Source of the DNA: Mobula hypostoma
Taxonomy: Eukaryota
Assembly (NCBI RefSeq): GCF_963921235.1
Contig: NC_086108.1
Coordinates: 23,746,001 to 23,810,000 of the forward strand
Reading direction: 5' to 3'
Length of the DNA stretch: 64,000 nucleotides
This document shows, piece after piece, positions 63,140-64,000 of the stretch. The translations under genes and the position numbers were made by a program. Each line of letters begins with the position of its first letter. The stretch's first letter is position 1. Under the pieces are notes generated by a model. It worked only from the letters and a program-made list of their open reading frames with translations. It did no database searches and was not told where the DNA came from.

Positions 63140-64000
63140 TAATGGAATTAATGGCAGATCACACCGATCAGGATGTACAAACAGTCAATTGCAAAAGAGA
63201 ACAAATTGTGCAAGAACAAAGATCAAAAAACAAGAAATAATAAATAAACAAACAATAAATATTGAGAACATAAGATGAAGGGTCCTTGACATTGAGTCCA
63301 TAAGTTGTGGTAACAGTTCAGTGATGGGGAGAGGGCAGTGGAGTGAAATTATCTGCACTGGTTTAAGAGCCTGATGGTTGAGGGAAAATAACTGTTCCTA
63401 AACCTGGTGATGTAGGTTCTGACGCTCCTGTACTTTTTCTGGATTGCAACAGTGAAAAGAGTCCTGGGTGGTGGGGGTCTTTGATGATGGATACTGTTTT
63501 CCCGCAACAGTGTTCCATATAATTGTGCTTAGAGGTGGGGAGGGATTTACTTTTGATGGACTAGGCCATATCAACTACTTTTTGTGGGATTGTCCATTCA
63601 AGGGCAAGGCTGTCAATATACTCTCCATCATATATCCATGGATATTTGTCACTGTTCTAGATGTCATACTGAATCTTCATAAACTTCTAAGTAAGTAGAA
63701 GCGCTGCTGTGCTTTCTTCATAATTACACTCACGTGCTTGGCCCCAGACAGATCTTCTGAAATGATAGCACCAAGGAATTTAAACTTGCTGATCCTGTCT
63801 ACTTCTATCTCCTGATGAGGACTGACTCACGGCCCTCTGGTGTCCTCCTCCTGAAGTCAATAATTAGCTCCTTAGTCTTGCTGACATTGAGTGAGAAGTT
63901 GGTGTTGTGGCATCACTGAGCCAGATTTTCAAACACCCTCATGTATCCTGATTCGTCACTGCCTTTGATTTGGCCAAGGACAGTGATGTCATCAGGAAAG
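63140..64000 (-). mobile_element. Rex1/Babar 3' portion, running off the window
   Basis: Colinear with 7850-8480 (ctgttcctaaac, aaacttctaag, ctgaagtcaataattagctccttagtcttgctgacattgag). Confidence 0.8.

Noticed and set aside
1..64000. CRISPR arrays, operons, rRNA or true tRNA genes, or a novel multi-gene system
   Set aside because: No regular repeat-spacer array or gene-dense region was seen. tRNA-like boxes occur only in decayed SINE heads, and the long ORFs are TE fragments or their antisense shadows.

Overview
Eukaryotic, repeat-dense vertebrate DNA. The repeat families suggest a cartilaginous fish such as a ray or shark (inference). The window lies inside an astrotactin gene, best matching ASTN1, on the minus strand. 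Three coding exons (22440-22708, 16831-16964, 3675-3832) have canonical AG/GT ends and splice into one open frame. The rest is intron filled with decayed and heavily nested transposable elements. These include CR1 LINEs (two apparently full-length, with an esterase ORF1), Rex1/Babar LINEs, Tx1 and RTE fragments, two Gypsy LTR elements, a Penelope-like element (PLE), hAT and Tc1-type MITEs, and SINEs. The most notable observations are: (i) PLE-derived hammerhead-ribozyme motifs, with several short insertions whose 5' ends cluster at the ribozyme core; (ii) a 238-bp, 98%-identical, locally templated inverted duplication able to form a long dsRNA stem in the pre-mRNA; (iii) a Gypsy element stretched over 12 kb by multi-level nesting. 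I found no prokaryotic genes, no CRISPR array and no intact novel protein-coding system. TE boundaries are approximate unless a target-site duplication (TSD) is quoted. Family assignments rest on recalled motifs, not database searches.
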